A stretch of 29,918 bases of DNA from Promethearchaeota archaeon. GTDB lineage: Archaea; Asgardarchaeota; Lokiarchaeia; Sigyniarchaeales; SOKP01. Below, one piece after another: positions 20,186 to 29,253 of this stretch. How positions within the stretch are numbered: position 1 is the stretch's first letter; every line of letters starts with the position of its first letter. The notes under the pieces were generated by a model. That model had not been told where the DNA came from, did no database searches, and worked only from the letters and a program-made list of their open reading frames with translations. The stretch covers positions 1-29,918 of the forward strand of contig JABCSY010000050.1 in NCBI GenBank assembly GCA_018238625.1. Direction: 5' to 3'. Made by a program: the position numbers and the translations under genes.

Positions 20186-20298
20186 ATATTCTCTTTGTTC
20201 AGAGAGGCATAATTTTCTAATATCTCTTCATCTGACATTCCTTTCGCCAAACAAGCTAATATAATTGAAACAAATGATAAATGAAATCCTTTAATAAT
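20182..20298 (-). pseudogene. DUF433-family antitoxin remnant
   Basis: Minus frame IIKGFHLSFVSIILACLAKGMSDEEILENYASLNKENIQ matches the DUF433 core (P.IKGTRI.V..IL..LA.GMS.EEIL..YP.L..EDI); no N-terminus and no AAL.YA C-terminal helix. Confidence 0.75.
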
Positions 20299-21800
20299 TA
20301 ATTTTTAATTTCTTCAAGGAAACTTTCCCTATAACTTCCTACCTTAAATAAATTTAGAAAAAATGTTTTATCTTGCTTGTTTAACTCTTTGAAAAGTATT
20401 AATTGTAGAAAAAATAGCCCAATTAGAGCTAAAGAATTTAATAAAATGTATAGTATCTCGTTTTGAATTAAACTAACTAATATAAAGCTAAAAAGAATTT
20501 GTATAATAATGAAACTTATCATTGCAAAGATTAAATGAGAAAGGATATTCCTATTTGATGGAATTCCAATTCTATTTGAAAAACATCTATAAAAAAATAC
20601 ATCGAAAAATAATCCTAACACTATTATAAAAGAGAGCCCTATACCACCAAAACCTAAAGAAGGGATAAATAGAACATTAGAAGGTACTGTAAATAGTATT
20701 AGTAGTACCCATACCGCTGATTTAATAACGAAATAATTTGAAAACAATCTTTCGTTCTTGCTTGGAATCAAATGGGAAGAATAGGGTTGATTTATACCTA
20801 CAAAATATGGAATGAATATCAGAATTTTTAAATAAATAGCCGCATTGGCGTAGCTAGGTAGTAATAAATTAAAGAATTTTTCTGAATTCATTTGAACTAC
20901 CAAAATAACAGATAAAAAAATAATGGAAGCATATTTCTCCGTTGTGTGTGTTATCACTTTAATAACCTCAAAATTCTTATTTTCAAACTCTTTTGGGAGG
21001 AATGAATAGAATAAATTTGAAATTTGAGTGGATATTAGAAGAAAAATTGCTATAATATTTGTTTCCACAACATAAAATAGAGCTAATTCTGCGTGACCAT
21101 AATTTAAATCTAATAATATTTTACCAAATTGATTGATAAACCCACTCATTAAAAAATATAAGATATAAGGTTTAATTGATTTGAAGTAAGTTCTTAAAAT
21201 ATTTTTATCGATCTTGTAGAATTTGAATTCTTTTATTGAAAAAATAAGAGTTATGGCCAAATGGAAGAATGCTGAAGCAATATATACTAGGCTAATTGAA
21301 TATAGAGGGTTCGATATATGTTTTAAATTTAATATGATAATTATTATCATCGTATTTTTCACGAATTGATTCAAGAGTAGAATTAGAGAAGTTTTAATCA
21401 TTTTTTGGCGACTTTCTAAGTTTAAAATAAACACATTCGAAAAACTTGTTATAATATAAGCAACAATTGTTAGAAGCATGAAATTGAGCGTTTCAGAATC
21501 GTGATATCCAAAAAATACAAAAATCAAGAGGGGAATGTAAGCAATTAATACTTTTATAGTCTTTAACAGGAAGATGACGCTAAAATGTTCTTTAAAATTT
21601 TGATCTGCGTTATGTTGGAGATAAATTAGTTCTAAACCCACAGAAGTAATCATTAAGACGAATCCAATTAAGCTATGTGTATATCCAATAACACCAATCA
21701 ATACATTATCCAGACTTAAAGCTAAAAAATAAAAAATTACGATGTTATAGACTTGAGTTAAGACATTTATACTGATTTTAAAAAAAAACTTTTCTTTCAT
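20298..21800 (-). CDS. Polysaccharide/oligosaccharide flippase (Wzx, MOP superfamily)
   Basis: 500 aa, ~14 TM; IGVIGYTHSLIG, ELALFY, FYSFLPKEF, YLKILIF; adjacent to a glycosyltransferase. Confidence 0.8.
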   Translation of the reverse strand: MKEKFFFKISINVLTQVYNIVIFYFLALSLDNVLIGVIGYTHSLIGFVLMITSVGLELIYLQHNADQNFKEHFSVIFLLKTIKVLIAYIPLLIFVFFGYHDSETLNFMLLTIVAYIITSFSNVFILNLESRQKMIKTSLILLLNQFVKNTMIIIIILNLKHISNPLYSISLVYIASAFFHLAITLIFSIKEFKFYKIDKNILRTYFKSIKPYILYFLMSGFINQFGKILLDLNYGHAELALFYVVETNIIAIFLLISTQISNLFYSFLPKEFENKNFEVIKVITHTTEKYASIIFLSVILVVQMNSEKFFNLLLPSYANAAIYLKILIFIPYFVGINQPYSSHLIPSKNERLFSNYFVIKSAVWVLLILFTVPSNVLFIPSLGFGGIGLSFIIVLGLFFDVFFYRCFSNRIGIPSNRNILSHLIFAMISFIIIQILFSFILVSLIQNEILYILLNSLALIGLFFLQLILFKELNKQDKTFFLNLFKVGSYRESFLEEIKN

Positions 21801-21854
21801 GGTAAGAATTCTAACATTCGCATTGAGTAATCAAATTAATATTTTAATTTAGTA

Positions 21855-23072
21855 TTGATTAATAATATTATCTCATTTTTCTTCAGTTTAACATCTATAA
21901 CAAAGTACGAGAAAAAAATGTTATTTGCCATTTACATTGAAAATACTCATCCAAACGAAAATTTAAAGATGCATTTTGGAGGAATGCAAGCTCAGTTATT
22001 AGAGCTTTTACCAGCGTACAAAATGATCGAAAATTTAAGAATATCGTTAATTACAAGATATTCTGAATGCCCTACTACATCTAAAGACTTCAGAGTTTAT
22101 CAAATTCGCAAATTTAGGGGGTCTATTTTAGGTAAACTTTACTTTTATCTAGGGTCTTTTTACAAAATGGTTAAAATTCATAAACATGAACGCATTGATC
22201 TAATAAATGTTCATACTTTCTCATATAATATTATTACACCTTTAGTCCTAAGATTAATTTATAAAATTCCTATTTTAATGAAAATACCAATTGATTTTGG
22301 GAGCCATATTAAGGAAGTTTCCTTAATGAATCGATATAATTTAATAAAAAAGTTTGTTTGTTATAGCTGGTTAAAACTGTTTCAAAAATATCTCATAAAA
22401 AAGATAGATTTTATAAGAGTAATCAATAAAAGAATGTTTGAGGAAATTACCGAGCTGAATTATCCTAAAAGAAGAATTTTAAGAATTCCAAATGGAATTG
22501 AATTTACAAAATATATTGGTTTGGATAAAATTGTACGTGAAGGTGTGAATTTTGGTTTTATTGGGAGGCTATCTCAATTTAAAAACCTTAAATACATGTT
22601 AATGGAATTTAAAGATTACTTTAAGGAATTTCCTTTAGATAAATTATATATATATGGCACAGGGTCTGAATTGGAGTACATTTGTGTTTTCGTCGAAGAG
22701 AACGGTTTATCTGATAATATTTTTATTTTAGGATTTGAAAGAGATAGAGAAAAGATTTACAGTAGCATAGATGTTTTAATCGACCCTGCGCATGGTCAAG
22801 GAATCTCTAACGCCAATCTTGAAGCAATGAGCTCTAATACGCTCCTTATTGCTTCAGAAGTAGAGGGCAATATTGACTTAATAACAAACGGCGAAACAGG
22901 ATTGTTATTTAATCCAAGAAAGAAAGGTTCGTTGTTAGAAAAGCTAATCTACTATAAAAAAAATCCTCAACAAGTAAAAATAATGCTCGAGAATGCTCGA
23001 AAAAAGATTGCTGACACTCATAATATTAATTCTATAACGCACCAGATACTCGATTTCGTTCTCACTAAATAA
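21855..23072 (+). CDS. Glycosyltransferase family 4 (likely start ATG 21918)
   Basis: GGMQ, INVH, RIPNGI, FIGRLSQFKN, QGISNANLEAMS, GETGLLF. Confidence 0.88.
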   Translation: MINNIISFFFSLTSITKYEKKMLFAIYIENTHPNENLKMHFGGMQAQLLELLPAYKMIENLRISLITRYSECPTTSKDFRVYQIRKFRGSILGKLYFYLGSFYKMVKIHKHERIDLINVHTFSYNIITPLVLRLIYKIPILMKIPIDFGSHIKEVSLMNRYNLIKKFVCYSWLKLFQKYLIKKIDFIRVINKRMFEEITELNYPKRRILRIPNGIEFTKYIGLDKIVREGVNFGFIGRLSQFKNLKYMLMEFKDYFKEFPLDKLYIYGTGSELEYICVFVEENGLSDNIFILGFERDREKIYSSIDVLIDPAHGQGISNANLEAMSSNTLLIASEVEGNIDLITNGETGLLFNPRKKGSLLEKLIYYKKNPQQVKIMLENARKKIADTHNINSITHQILDFVLTK

Positions 23073-23523
23073 GACCTTTCAAAAAAATAAATGCAACCTT
23101 GAAAAAGGTTAAAGTGCCCAGTTGAACACTTCAATTAAAGTAGCAATTAAAAAATAAATTAAAAAACTTAAAACAACTGTAAATAGCGAATAGTATATTT
23201 CCTTCTTTCTGCGAATTATATTAATTACATAGTTTTTAGGTTTTAAGTCTGTCATTTTGAAAAATATTACTATATCTGGTTGTGTTTTATATGCTTAAGT
23301 TGTTGTTTACATAATCTACAATAGTATTTTAGGTTAACGAAGTCATTATTCCTATTCATAAATCCATACATAATTGAACATTGAATTAACATATAATTTG
23401 ATAATTTGATATTTCCTCAGTTCTTAAAATTTACATAACTTATTTGTATCCTTATAAAATCGTATTTAATTGCCCGTTTTCTCGCGGAATTTCTTGCGTT
23501 TTTTTTCCTTAACGAGTAGTTCT

Positions 23524-23570
23524 GAGGGAATTGCCTCCCATATAAATCATGTAGGTAACATTTTTATAAA
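23524..23570 (+). promoter_or_regulatory. Putative aclBA promoter: imperfect palindrome GAGGGAATTGCCTC (23524-23537) upstream of a TATA box TTTATAAA (23563-23570)
   Basis: Palindrome with 6 of 7 pairs; TATA lies ~55 nt before the aclB ATG. Confidence 0.4.
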
Positions 23571-23622
23571 AGTTGGGTTTACTCTTATTACAAATAATTG
23601 ACATAATAATAAAAATTTAAAA

Positions 23623-24918
23623 ATGGCTCAAAAAAATATTTATGAGTATGATGCTAAAAAGATTTTAGCTAATGAACTGCCAAAGTATTACCCCGAATTC
23701 AAATACCATAACAAGTTAGTGGTTATTGACTGCGAGACTGACTTAGAGAAAGCAATCTCAGATAATCCTTGGATAAATACAGAAAAAGTTGTAGTTAAAC
23801 CTGACCAACTTTTTGGAAAAAGAGGGAAAGCAAATCTACTTTTGCTAGATGCAAATTGTGACGAAATGAAAGATTTTTGTTATACAAATTTGGATAAAGT
23901 CTACGAGATTGGGAATGTAAGAGGTGCATTGAAGCGTTTACTTGTCGAACCTTTCATTCCTCACGAAAAAGAATATTATGTTTCTATCACAACCGAAAGA
24001 GAGGGTGATGTGATCCATTTCAGTTTCGAGGGGGGTATTTACGTTGAAGAGAATTGGGATAAAGTCATTCACGTACCAATACCTATTGGAACTGATATTA
24101 AAACATTTGATTTAGAGAGTAAACTGCCGGATTTAGGAGCCTCTAAAGGTGTTTTAATGCCTTTTATTAAGGGGCTTTATCAAGTGTTTGTCGATCAGGA
24201 TTTTACTTTTCTTGAAATCAATCCATTCGCAATCGCTCAAGACAACAAAGTTGTTCCATTAGATGTTAAAGCTAGATTAGATGATACCGCTATGTTTCTT
24301 CATGCGGATACGTGGGGGAATCCTAACAAACCAATTGAATTTCCTACTGCTTTCGGGCAAGTTATGTCTGAAAAAGAAGCGTATATACGGGAATTAGACG
24401 AAAAGACAGGGGCTTCCCTCAAATTAAAAGTTCTGAATCCAGTTGGTCGAGTTTGGACTATGGTAGCTGGAGGAGGGGCTTCAGTTATATATACAGATAC
24501 GATCGTGGACTTGGGATATGGAAAAGAATTGGGGAATTACGGCGAATACTCTGGGAATCCATCACGAGAATATACTGAAATTTACGCTCAAACTATCATA
24601 GATCTCATTACAGAAACTCCTGATATCGCTGGGAGAGCAAAGTACCTTATAATTGGAGGGGGAATTGCTAATTTTACTGATGTAAAAGCTACCTTTACTG
24701 GAATCGTTAGTGCCATCAAGAATTCAGTTGAAAAACTGAAGAAAGCCAAAGTTAAAATATATGTGCGAAGAGGTGGACCTAACGAAAAGCAAGGACTTGA
24801 ACTTATGAAGCAAGTTGGAGAGGAGACTGGTATTCCGATTGAAGTATACGATAGATACACTCATATGACTAGGGTTGTCGATTTAATAAAACAAGCAGAA
24901 GAAGCAGGAGGGGTTTAA
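23623..24918 (+). CDS. aclB: ATP-citrate lyase, ATP-grasp/citrate-binding subunit (AclB; plant ACLA equivalent)
   Basis: MAQKNIYEYDAK, VVKPDQLFGKRGK, LEINP, LDDTA, SLKLKVLNPVGRVWTMVAGGGASVIY, NYGEYSGNP, GGGIANFTDV, YVRRGGPN. Confidence 0.95.
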   Translation: MAQKNIYEYDAKKILANELPKYYPEFKYHNKLVVIDCETDLEKAISDNPWINTEKVVVKPDQLFGKRGKANLLLLDANCDEMKDFCYTNLDKVYEIGNVRGALKRLLVEPFIPHEKEYYVSITTEREGDVIHFSFEGGIYVEENWDKVIHVPIPIGTDIKTFDLESKLPDLGASKGVLMPFIKGLYQVFVDQDFTFLEINPFAIAQDNKVVPLDVKARLDDTAMFLHADTWGNPNKPIEFPTAFGQVMSEKEAYIRELDEKTGASLKLKVLNPVGRVWTMVAGGGASVIYTDTIVDLGYGKELGNYGEYSGNPSREYTEIYAQTIIDLITETPDIAGRAKYLIIGGGIANFTDVKATFTGIVSAIKNSVEKLKKAKVKIYVRRGGPNEKQGLELMKQVGEETGIPIEVYDRYTHMTRVVDLIKQAEEAGGV

Positions 24919-24919
24919 A

Positions 24920-26755
24920 ATGGAAGATTATGAACTTTTTAATAGAAATACACAAGCAATTATTTACGGACTTCAGAGGAACCCTATCCAAAGAATGCTT
25001 GATTTTGATTTTGTAAGCAAAAGAGAAAAGCAATCAGTAGCAGCAATAATTAGACCAACTCAGACTGCAGCAATTAGTTATCACAAGGTTTTCTACGGGA
25101 ATAAAGAAATTGTTATCCCTATTTATAAAACGCTTAATTTAGCGATGAAAAACCACCCTAACGCTGATGTCATGATAAATTTTGCGTCCTTTAGATCCTC
25201 GTATGAAACTAGTAAAGAAGCCCTTGAATCTGATACAATCCGTACAGTGGTTATCATAGCTGAAGGCATTCCTGAAAGACAAAGTCGAGAATTAATAAAA
25301 ATCGCAGAAGAGAGGAAGAAAAATATTATTGGTCCAGCTACCGTAGGTGGAATTGTAGCGGGTGCTTTTAAAATTGGAAATACAGCGGGAACTTTAGAAA
25401 ATATTAAACTTTCGAAACTATATCGCCCAGGCTCAGTTGGCTTCGTCTCAAAATCAGGTGGCTTAAGCAACGAAATGAATTTTATGATAAGCCAAACAAC
25501 CGATGGAGTGTTTGAAGGCATTGCTATCGGCGGTGATAGATACCCTGGTTCAAGATTAATTGATCATCTCATGCGCTACGAAGCGAACCCTAAAATTAAA
25601 ATGTTAGTAACATTAGGAGAGATAGGTGGAACTGACGAATATGCGATAGTAGACGCATTGAAAAACGGAAAGATAACGAAACCTATAGTTGCGTGGGTAA
25701 CAGGGACAGCAGCAAAACTATTGCCTAAGGGATTGCAGTTTGGTCACGCGGGGGCTATGGCAGATAGTGCAAGAGAGACTGCTGATGCTAAAAACCGCGC
25801 ATTAAGAGAGGCTGGAGCTATCGTTCCAGATTCGTACGAAGATTTTGACAAAGAAATTAGAAAAACATTTGAAAATTTGAAAAAGGAAGGTAAAATTGAC
25901 CCCGTTGAAGAATTCGTGCCTCCAGAAGTTCCACTGGACTATAATACTGCGATTCGTTTAGGAAAAGTAAGAAGACCGACCGATGTAGTAGTGACTATTT
26001 CAGACGATAGAGGCGATGTGCCAACTTTTGCTGGTGTTGGATTAGACAAAATAATCAGGGAAAAAAAATCAATTGGGTATGTGATTGGCCTTTTATGGTT
26101 CAAAAGAGAGTTACCAGAGTTTGCTCAACAATTTATCGAGATGGTAATTAAATTAACAGCCGACCACGGTCCCGCGGTTTCAGGAGCTCACAACGCAATT
26201 ATCACAGCGCGTGCAGGTAAAGATTTAATGGCGTCGCTTGCTTCAGGAATTCTCACGATCGGCCCGAGATTCGGAGGAGCAATATCAAACGCAGCTAGAT
26301 ACTTCAGGGAAGCTTTACAAAAAGAGATGACGCCCTTAGAATTTATGGGTTATATGAAAGATGTCGTGAAGATTAACATCCCTGGAATCGGCCATAGAAT
26401 TAAATCAGTTCAAAATCCTGACGTACGAGTTCAATTATTGAAAGAATTTGTCTTCAAAAACTTTGAAAAACATCCCCACATTGATTACGCTCTTGAAGTC
26501 GAGAAACTTACCACCTCCAAAAGGAATAATTTAATATTGAATGTAGATGGATGTATCGGTATAACCTTTCTGGATTTGCTAGAAAACTTAGATTTCACTA
26601 AAGAAGAAATTGAAGATGTAATATTCAGCGAAGCTCTAAACGGATTATTTGTACTTGGGCGCTCAATTGGAATGATGGGGCATGTATTTGATCAGAAACG
26701 GCAACGCGCAGGTCTCTATAGACAACCTTGGGACGAAATTTTATTTACGGATTAA
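24920..26755 (+). CDS. aclA: ATP-citrate lyase, CoA-binding/citryl-CoA lyase subunit (AclA; plant ACLB equivalent)
   Basis: QRMLDFD, INFASFRS, IGPATVGG, SKSGGLSNE, IGGDRYPG, QFGHAGA (phospho-His), TADHGPAVSGAHN, GIGHRIKS, LNVDG. Confidence 0.95.
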   Translation: MEDYELFNRNTQAIIYGLQRNPIQRMLDFDFVSKREKQSVAAIIRPTQTAAISYHKVFYGNKEIVIPIYKTLNLAMKNHPNADVMINFASFRSSYETSKEALESDTIRTVVIIAEGIPERQSRELIKIAEERKKNIIGPATVGGIVAGAFKIGNTAGTLENIKLSKLYRPGSVGFVSKSGGLSNEMNFMISQTTDGVFEGIAIGGDRYPGSRLIDHLMRYEANPKIKMLVTLGEIGGTDEYAIVDALKNGKITKPIVAWVTGTAAKLLPKGLQFGHAGAMADSARETADAKNRALREAGAIVPDSYEDFDKEIRKTFENLKKEGKIDPVEEFVPPEVPLDYNTAIRLGKVRRPTDVVVTISDDRGDVPTFAGVGLDKIIREKKSIGYVIGLLWFKRELPEFAQQFIEMVIKLTADHGPAVSGAHNAIITARAGKDLMASLASGILTIGPRFGGAISNAARYFREALQKEMTPLEFMGYMKDVVKINIPGIGHRIKSVQNPDVRVQLLKEFVFKNFEKHPHIDYALEVEKLTTSKRNNLILNVDGCIGITFLDLLENLDFTKEEIEDVIFSEALNGLFVLGRSIGMMGHVFDQKRQRAGLYRQPWDEILFTD

Positions 26756-26775
26756 AAAAAAATTATTTTTTTTAA
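26752..26775 (+). terminator. AT-only inverted repeat with T-run directly after aclA
   Basis: tt-A-run-ttattttttttaa immediately at the stop codon. Confidence 0.4.
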
Positions 26776-26902
26776 TAATTATTCACAATTAGAAGTCGGA
26801 AGGAAACATTTGATTAACTTATAATTAATAAAAAATAGTAATATTACGAGTACCAAAAAAAAATAGAAAAGTAAAAAGTAAAAGAAATAGGGAAAAATAA
26901 AA

Positions 26903-28096
26903 ATGGATAAGATTATTGAAAATGCGAAAAACCACTTTGGAAACCTTGTAAAAGAGCAGTTAGAAAGAGTAGAACGAATGAAAAAGGCCGGAGATTGGGT
27001 TGATTACACATCGATAAAACCAATAATAATTGGTTTTGTAGGCGGCGATGGAATCGGACCATTTATTACTAAACACGCGGAAGCCGTACTGGAATTCTTG
27101 TTAAAAGAAGAGATAGAGAATGGAAACGTTGAGTTTCGAGTAATTGAAGGATTGACGATTGAAAATAGAGCGGCCGTTATGAAAGCGATCCCTGACGACG
27201 TGTTAGTAGAAATAAAAAAGTGCCATGTTTTGCTTAAAGGGCCCACGACGACACCAAGAAAGGGAGACAAATGGCCAAACATCGAAAGTGCAAATGTAAC
27301 CATGCGTCGTGAATTAGATCTATTTGCAAACGTTCGTCCAGTTAAAGTACCTGAAAAGAATATCGATTGGATGTTTTTCAGAGAAAATACAGAAGGAGCT
27401 TATGTGTTAGGTTCTAAAGGTATAAACATCTCTGATGATTTAGCCTTTGATTTTAAGGTTATTACGTCGCAAGGAGCAGATAGGATTATCAGATTAGCCT
27501 TTGATTATGCTAAAAAGAACGACATTAACAAAGTCACGGTAGTTACCAAAGCTAACGTTGTAAAAGCTACTGATGGAAAATTCCTTGCTTTAGCAGAGGA
27601 AGTGGCAAAGGATTATCCAGAAGTAGAATGGGACGATTGGTATATCGACATTATGACGGCTAAACTAGTAGATCCAGCAAGACAAAGCCAATTTAGAGTT
27701 TTTGTTGCTCCGAACCTCTATGGCGATATCATTACTGACGAGGCTGCTCAAATTCAAGGAGGCGTTGGAACTGCTGGCTCTGCGAACATTGGAAAACAAT
27801 ATTCTATGTTTGAAGCGATTCACGGTTCAGCTCCCCGTATGGTAGAAGATGGAAGAGCGCAATACGCTGATCCTTCGAGTATTATCAAAGCAGCGGCTTT
27901 ACTTATGAACCATATAGGATTTACTGGAAAAGCGAAAAAGCTCGAAATGGCGCTTGATATTTGTGCTACGCTAGAAAAGAAAATAGCAATTACTGGCCGA
28001 GACGACGGAGTTACTGGCGAAGAGTTCGCAAAGTATATCATGGATACCCTTACAGACCCACAATTAGAAGAACGTTTTAAAGAATATAGTAAATAG
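26903..28096 (+). CDS. icd: Isocitrate dehydrogenase (isocitrate/isopropylmalate dehydrogenase family)
   Basis: GDGIGP, KGPTTTP...SANVTMRRELDLFANVRP, RENTEGAY, KANV, NLYGDIITD, FEAIHGSAP; directly follows aclA. Confidence 0.8.
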   Translation: MDKIIENAKNHFGNLVKEQLERVERMKKAGDWVDYTSIKPIIIGFVGGDGIGPFITKHAEAVLEFLLKEEIENGNVEFRVIEGLTIENRAAVMKAIPDDVLVEIKKCHVLLKGPTTTPRKGDKWPNIESANVTMRRELDLFANVRPVKVPEKNIDWMFFRENTEGAYVLGSKGINISDDLAFDFKVITSQGADRIIRLAFDYAKKNDINKVTVVTKANVVKATDGKFLALAEEVAKDYPEVEWDDWYIDIMTAKLVDPARQSQFRVFVAPNLYGDIITDEAAQIQGGVGTAGSANIGKQYSMFEAIHGSAPRMVEDGRAQYADPSSIIKAAALLMNHIGFTGKAKKLEMALDICATLEKKIAITGRDDGVTGEEFAKYIMDTLTDPQLEERFKEYSK

Positions 28097-28120
28097 TATG
28101 AAAAGATACTTATAACAAAC

Positions 28121-28137
28121 TTTTTTTAATTTTTTTT
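28121..28137 (+). terminator. Double oligo-T tract after idh (archaeal intrinsic terminator)
   Basis: tttttttaatttttttt, 25 nt after the stop. Confidence 0.55.
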
Positions 28138-28179
28138 ATTATATATCTATTTTTAGAAAAACAATTTATAAATAATCAT

Positions 28180-28374
28180 ATGAATATTATGCCATCTGTA
28201 AAAAACGCGGTAATTGATTTCATTAAAAATTTACCGGATGATCTAACCGTGGAAGAGATTGCGTACAAACTATATCTCGATGAAAGAATTAATAAAGCCC
28301 AAAAGCAAATGAAAGAAGGAAATTATTTAACTCACGAAGAAGCTAAAGAACGGCTGAAAAAATGGTTGATATAA
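28180..28374 (+). CDS. Putative type II antitoxin (ParE/RelE-associated), copy 1
   Basis: KNAVIDFIKNLPDDLTVEEIAYKLYL...G..LTHEEAKERLKKWL pattern; overlaps the ATG of a ParE-like stub. Confidence 0.75.
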   Translation: MNIMPSVKNAVIDFIKNLPDDLTVEEIAYKLYLDERINKAQKQMKEGNYLTHEEAKERLKKWLI

Positions 28375-28454
28375 GATGGTAAATAGGAGCATTAGAAGAT
28401 ATAGAATCTATTTTTTCATATATTTCTCATGATTTTCCAGAAAAAGCTATATAG
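28362..28454 (+). pseudogene. RelE/ParE toxin N-terminal remnant
   Basis: MVDIRW*IGALEDIESIFSYISHDFPEKAI* matches the ParE start (..W...A..DL..I..YI..D.P..A); TAA at codon 7 and truncation after codon 30. Confidence 0.75.
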
Positions 28455-28530
28455 GTTATCTTTAAATAAGCTTTTTTCCTTTTTATTAGTAGAGGAAAAA
28501 GTCACATCTACTGGAATCGAGGTAAAACAA

Positions 28531-29073
28531 GTGGAAAATAACAAATTATTTTGGAAAATTTTTGATACTTCGATGCTAATTATCCAATTGTATCTCATAA
28601 TTTTTGGAGTTTCAATATATTCAAGCCAAATTCTAGTTACAACATTTTTGTTATTGCTGAGTATATTATACGGGAGTTATATTCTTTGGCTTTTATTTAA
28701 GAATAATTCTAATTATATCACTTTAGGTTACGGATTAAGTGTAGCTGCAATATTTATCATTATACCATTTTCACGCAGTTTAGCTGAAGGATATAGTACT
28801 TTTACTTTTTTGGGAACTGTGATTCCGTACGCATTCACAATAGTATACATCTTTACTCAATGTAGTGTACCTGAAAGTGATAAATTTGCCTTAATGAGGA
28901 GTAGAAATCGTGTAATACATGTTGAGGATGCTGGCATGGTAGAGAGTCCCTTTCAGAAAAATTATCGGCAAGAAATTGAGGAAAAGAATGAACGTTATCC
29001 GAAAAGTATCCTATTCTTTTCAATTGCATATCCTTTGACTTTTATAATCGTTTTTGCCATCAGCTTTATCTAA
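28531..29073 (+). CDS. Hypothetical membrane protein (4 TM, loop, 1 TM); ORF track start 28429, likelier GTG 28531
   Basis: GAGGT 7 nt before GTG 28531; five hydrophobic segments; T-rich tract after the stop. Confidence 0.7.
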   Translation: MENNKLFWKIFDTSMLIIQLYLIIFGVSIYSSQILVTTFLLLLSILYGSYILWLLFKNNSNYITLGYGLSVAAIFIIIPFSRSLAEGYSTFTFLGTVIPYAFTIVYIFTQCSVPESDKFALMRSRNRVIHVEDAGMVESPFQKNYRQEIEEKNERYPKSILFFSIAYPLTFIIVFAISFI

Positions 29074-29253
29074 TCTTTTTTTTTATATTTTTTCCCTATT
29101 TTTACTCTCTTGGGATGAGATGTAAAATCAGTTATTTTCAAAAGTGCAAAATGAAAAGATTTTTGACAAGTTTATCAATCTTCGGCAATTGCTTGAGCTA
29201 TCTTGAGAAAAAGGTTTATGAACCCATCATCAGAACCAAAAAGATTGCCAAAA

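Larger units (their letters stand above)
28046..28406. repeat. Long direct repeat copy 1: last 51 nt of idh + T-tracts + antitoxin + toxin 5' end
   Basis: Aligns by eye to 29254-29646. Confidence 0.95.

Noticed and set aside
18690-20287. aaatgataaatg(t/a)aat direct repeat flanking the duplicated genes
   Set aside because: Low-complexity AT-rich match; not enough to call a target-site duplication.
23095-23135. SECIS element
   Set aside because: Short stems, no AUGA/GA core, and no adjacent gene with an in-frame UGA.
26784-26795. 12-mer cacaattagaag shared with the idh tails (28059, 29267)
   Set aside because: Flanks do not align, and a 12-bp match is plausible by chance in AT-rich DNA.
26854-26902. 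Purine-rich tract with aaaagt mini-repeats before idh
   Set aside because: A-rich leaders precede many genes in this window; no regular array.
5504-28598. Antisense/overlapping ORFs in the track (e.g. 5504-5944, 7364-7699, 15620-15895, 25123-25521, 27004-27303, 28416-28598)
   Set aside because: They shadow genes on the opposite strand and have no recognisable motifs.
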